From NCBI GenBank assembly GCA_043228905.1, contig JBHGNT010000008.1, positions 5,332,001 to 5,396,000 of the forward strand: a stretch of DNA of 64,000 nucleotides. Reading direction: 5' to 3'. The position numbers and the translations under genes were made by a program. The stretch is from Azolla caroliniana. Taxonomy: Eukaryota > Plantae > Polypodiophyta. Below the pieces are notes generated by a model, which was given only the letters and a program-made list of their open reading frames with translations, was not told the origin of the DNA and ran no database searches. This document shows positions 61,801 to 64,000 of this stretch, piece after piece (the first letter of the stretch is position 1; the number at the start of each line of letters is the position of its first letter).

Positions 61801-63349
61801 GGCGAGCCAACTTTCGATAACCAAAAACAAGTAATCCTGGGACCGGCACGACTGCAAGCAACGCAGGTCTTCAATATGCCATTAGATTCCCATGTTATCG
61901 ATACCATATGGGAGGACTTGAAGATAGATTCTTTCGCCCAAGCCATTCTCGCACAAATTGATCCCTCTTAAGTATCTTGTTCACAGTCGCAACAACCAGG
62001 TACGGACTATCGACAATTCGAATGTCATGATGGATTACTATTGTTTAAGAAACTCTTGTATGTTCTTGTCGCCTTCGAGTAGTCCAAAACTATCATGAAA
62101 CATACACAGCTGGGCATTTTGGTAGTACTAAAACATTAGATTTAGTACAACGATCATTCTGGTGGCCCCATATGCGACGATTTGTCGAAGATTTTGTGAT
62201 ACGTGTTTTGTAGAGAAAAAATGCCAAGGCATCATCCATATGGTTTATTAGAACCATTACCAATTCCAAGAAAGCCGTGGCAAGCCATTGCTCTAGATTT
62301 CATCACAGATCTTCCAGTTTCTACGGGATTCGATGCAATCTTGACAGTAGTAGATCGATATACGAAGATGGCCCATTTCCTGCCATGTACTAAGGAAATC
62401 TCCAGTGAATAAACTGTTGAAACTGTCATGCGTGAGGTATGTCATCATCATGGCCTCCCCGATAGTATCATTAGCGACCATGGACCCTAATTCGTCTCGA
62501 AATTCTAGAAGCACCTCTTCAAAATGCTCAAGGTCACTTGTAACCTCTCCTCCGGCTACCACCCGCAAACAAACGGCCAAGCAGAATGAACAAATCAAAC
62601 GTTGGAGCAGTATCTTTGCTGTTGGGCGGATATTCTCCACTTCCCCGAATTTGCGTATAATAACTCTGTCCACTCATTGACAAAGGTTACACCATTTTCT
62701 GCTTACACGGGTTGTCACCCCGGGTGGTGTGTATTTGAAACCCCAAAATTACCCACAAATCCTTGCATAGAGGATCGTTTGGAGCGGCTATGCAAGATAC
62801 AAGAGGATTTATCTACTCATCTACAACAAGCTCAACAAACACGCAAGGTTTATGCGGATTGTCATCGGCATCCATCCAGTTTTAACATTGGAGATCAGGT
62901 ATGGCTACTATGACGACACATCAAGATTACTCGCCCATGCGAGGAGTTGGATTATCGGCGACTAGGTCCTTTCCGTATTTCCGTATTGGCTTTTTGTCTC
63001 GATCTACCTTTGCAACTATGGATACATCTGGTGTTTCATAGTTCTCTCCGAGAACCCTATCTGGATAGCACCATCCTAGGTCGTATTAAACCACCTCCAC
63101 CCCTGATCGAACTTGAAGATGGACTTGAGTACGAGGTTGTTGCCATCCTCGATTCCAAGATTGTTCGCAACAAGCTCTATTATTTAGTCGATTTGCTAGG
63201 ATATAGTCCTAGCAAGTGTCCTTGGGAACCAATAGAGAATGTGACCAATGCTCGTGCACTTCTTGAAGACTTCCATCATCAATATCCAGATAAACCGGGT
63301 CCTCAATCCAAAATGACTCGTAACACTCGTTGTTTTAAAGGGGGGATAC

Positions 63350-63416
63350 TGTCATGGCAAGATTCGAACCAATTCCCTTATGTTACATTGGTCGAGGTCT
63401 TAACCATTAGACTATA
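63350..63416 (-). promoter_or_regulatory. tRNA-like A-box/B-box cassette at the U3 end of the chromovirus LTR (best-preserved copy)
   Basis: Minus strand TAGTCTAATGGTTAAGAC (D-arm-like GTCT/AGAC stem) ... TGGTTCGAATC; equivalents at 2297-2350, 10968-11020 and 16192-16244. Confidence 0.72.
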
Positions 63417-64000
63417 TATTGTAATACGAAGAACATTATTTTCATTTAAGTTTTACTATAGAAAATAGATGTATATTCCAGTTTTCTCTGGAACATTCTA
63501 GAAACTTCAGGAGTACTCCTGAGAACATTATAAAAGGAGGCACAAGGCATTATTTCGAACCAAATCGGTTCAACGCCAGTGTTAAGCCTCCTAGCTACTA
63601 CAATATATTCTCTTCACATAATATATATATTTTGTTACCATCATTCTCTCTCTCTCTCACTCACTCACTCTTTCCTTCAAGTCTCGAGAGTTCTACACCT
63701 CCCTAGTACTAATCCTCATCTTTTAGAGCTAATTCCTTCTCTATCTTAGTACTGTTCTTGACAATACTTCTCTGTCTTAGTATTGTTCCTAACACATATG
63801 GGAGAAGTCAACAATTGAAGTCAAGGAAGAAGTCGGCAGTCGAATCGACAAGCCAAATACAGGATGTTTGATTAGATAGACCAACGAGTCGACAGGTTGG
63901 TCGACTAGTTTGAAGGAGATAGAGTCGACTATGATAGTCACCTACATTGGATGGATGCTCCAAGTCGAAGACAAGGCCAACAAGTCGGGGCTACTGGACC

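Larger units (their letters stand above)
57513..63763 (+). mobile_element. Ty3/gypsy chromovirus (Tcn1-like), copy D: near full length, degenerate
   Basis: 5' LTR 57513-57921 (5'-truncated), 3' LTR 63350-63763, PPT AAAGGGGGGA, gag ATG 58020, PR/RT/RH/INT/chromodomain collinear with copy B. Confidence 0.94.

Noticed and set aside
63795-64000. GTCGAC-rich TE-like sequence at the window end
   Set aside because: Too short to assign.

Overview
Eukaryotic plant nuclear DNA, most likely from a seed-free vascular plant such as a fern. That is an inference from Tcn1-like self-priming chromoviruses, an EPF/EPFL peptide gene and a heavily pre-edited mitochondrial sdh4 fragment. About 80% of the window is nested transposons. 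1-33.7 kb is a multi-layer LTR retrotransposon nest (Ty3/gypsy chromoviruses, tRNA-Trp-primed Ty3/gypsy elements, several Ty1/copia elements, solo LTRs), plus a mitochondrial insertion and an L1 3' end. 33.7-49 kb is an AT-rich island holding the only host gene found, a 3-exon EPFL secreted peptide gene (38999-40776), with hAT MITEs, a Mutator element and CACTA ends. 49-64 kb is a second retroelement nest. Most element boundaries were fixed by eye from TG..CA termini, TSDs, PBS/PPT and rejoined reading frames. The most striking unexplained signal is a tRNA-geometry A-box/B-box cassette with an invariant 29-nt spacer, seen eight times: antisense in the U3 region of three different LTR families, and as a convergent pair in the MULE. 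Other notable signals: conserved -1 frameshift sites with pseudoknot potential (one placed after the protease), covarying self-priming PBS pairs, and a one-LTR gypsy insertion whose right end is patched from its own gag sequence. No computation or database search was run, so family names rest on recalled motifs.
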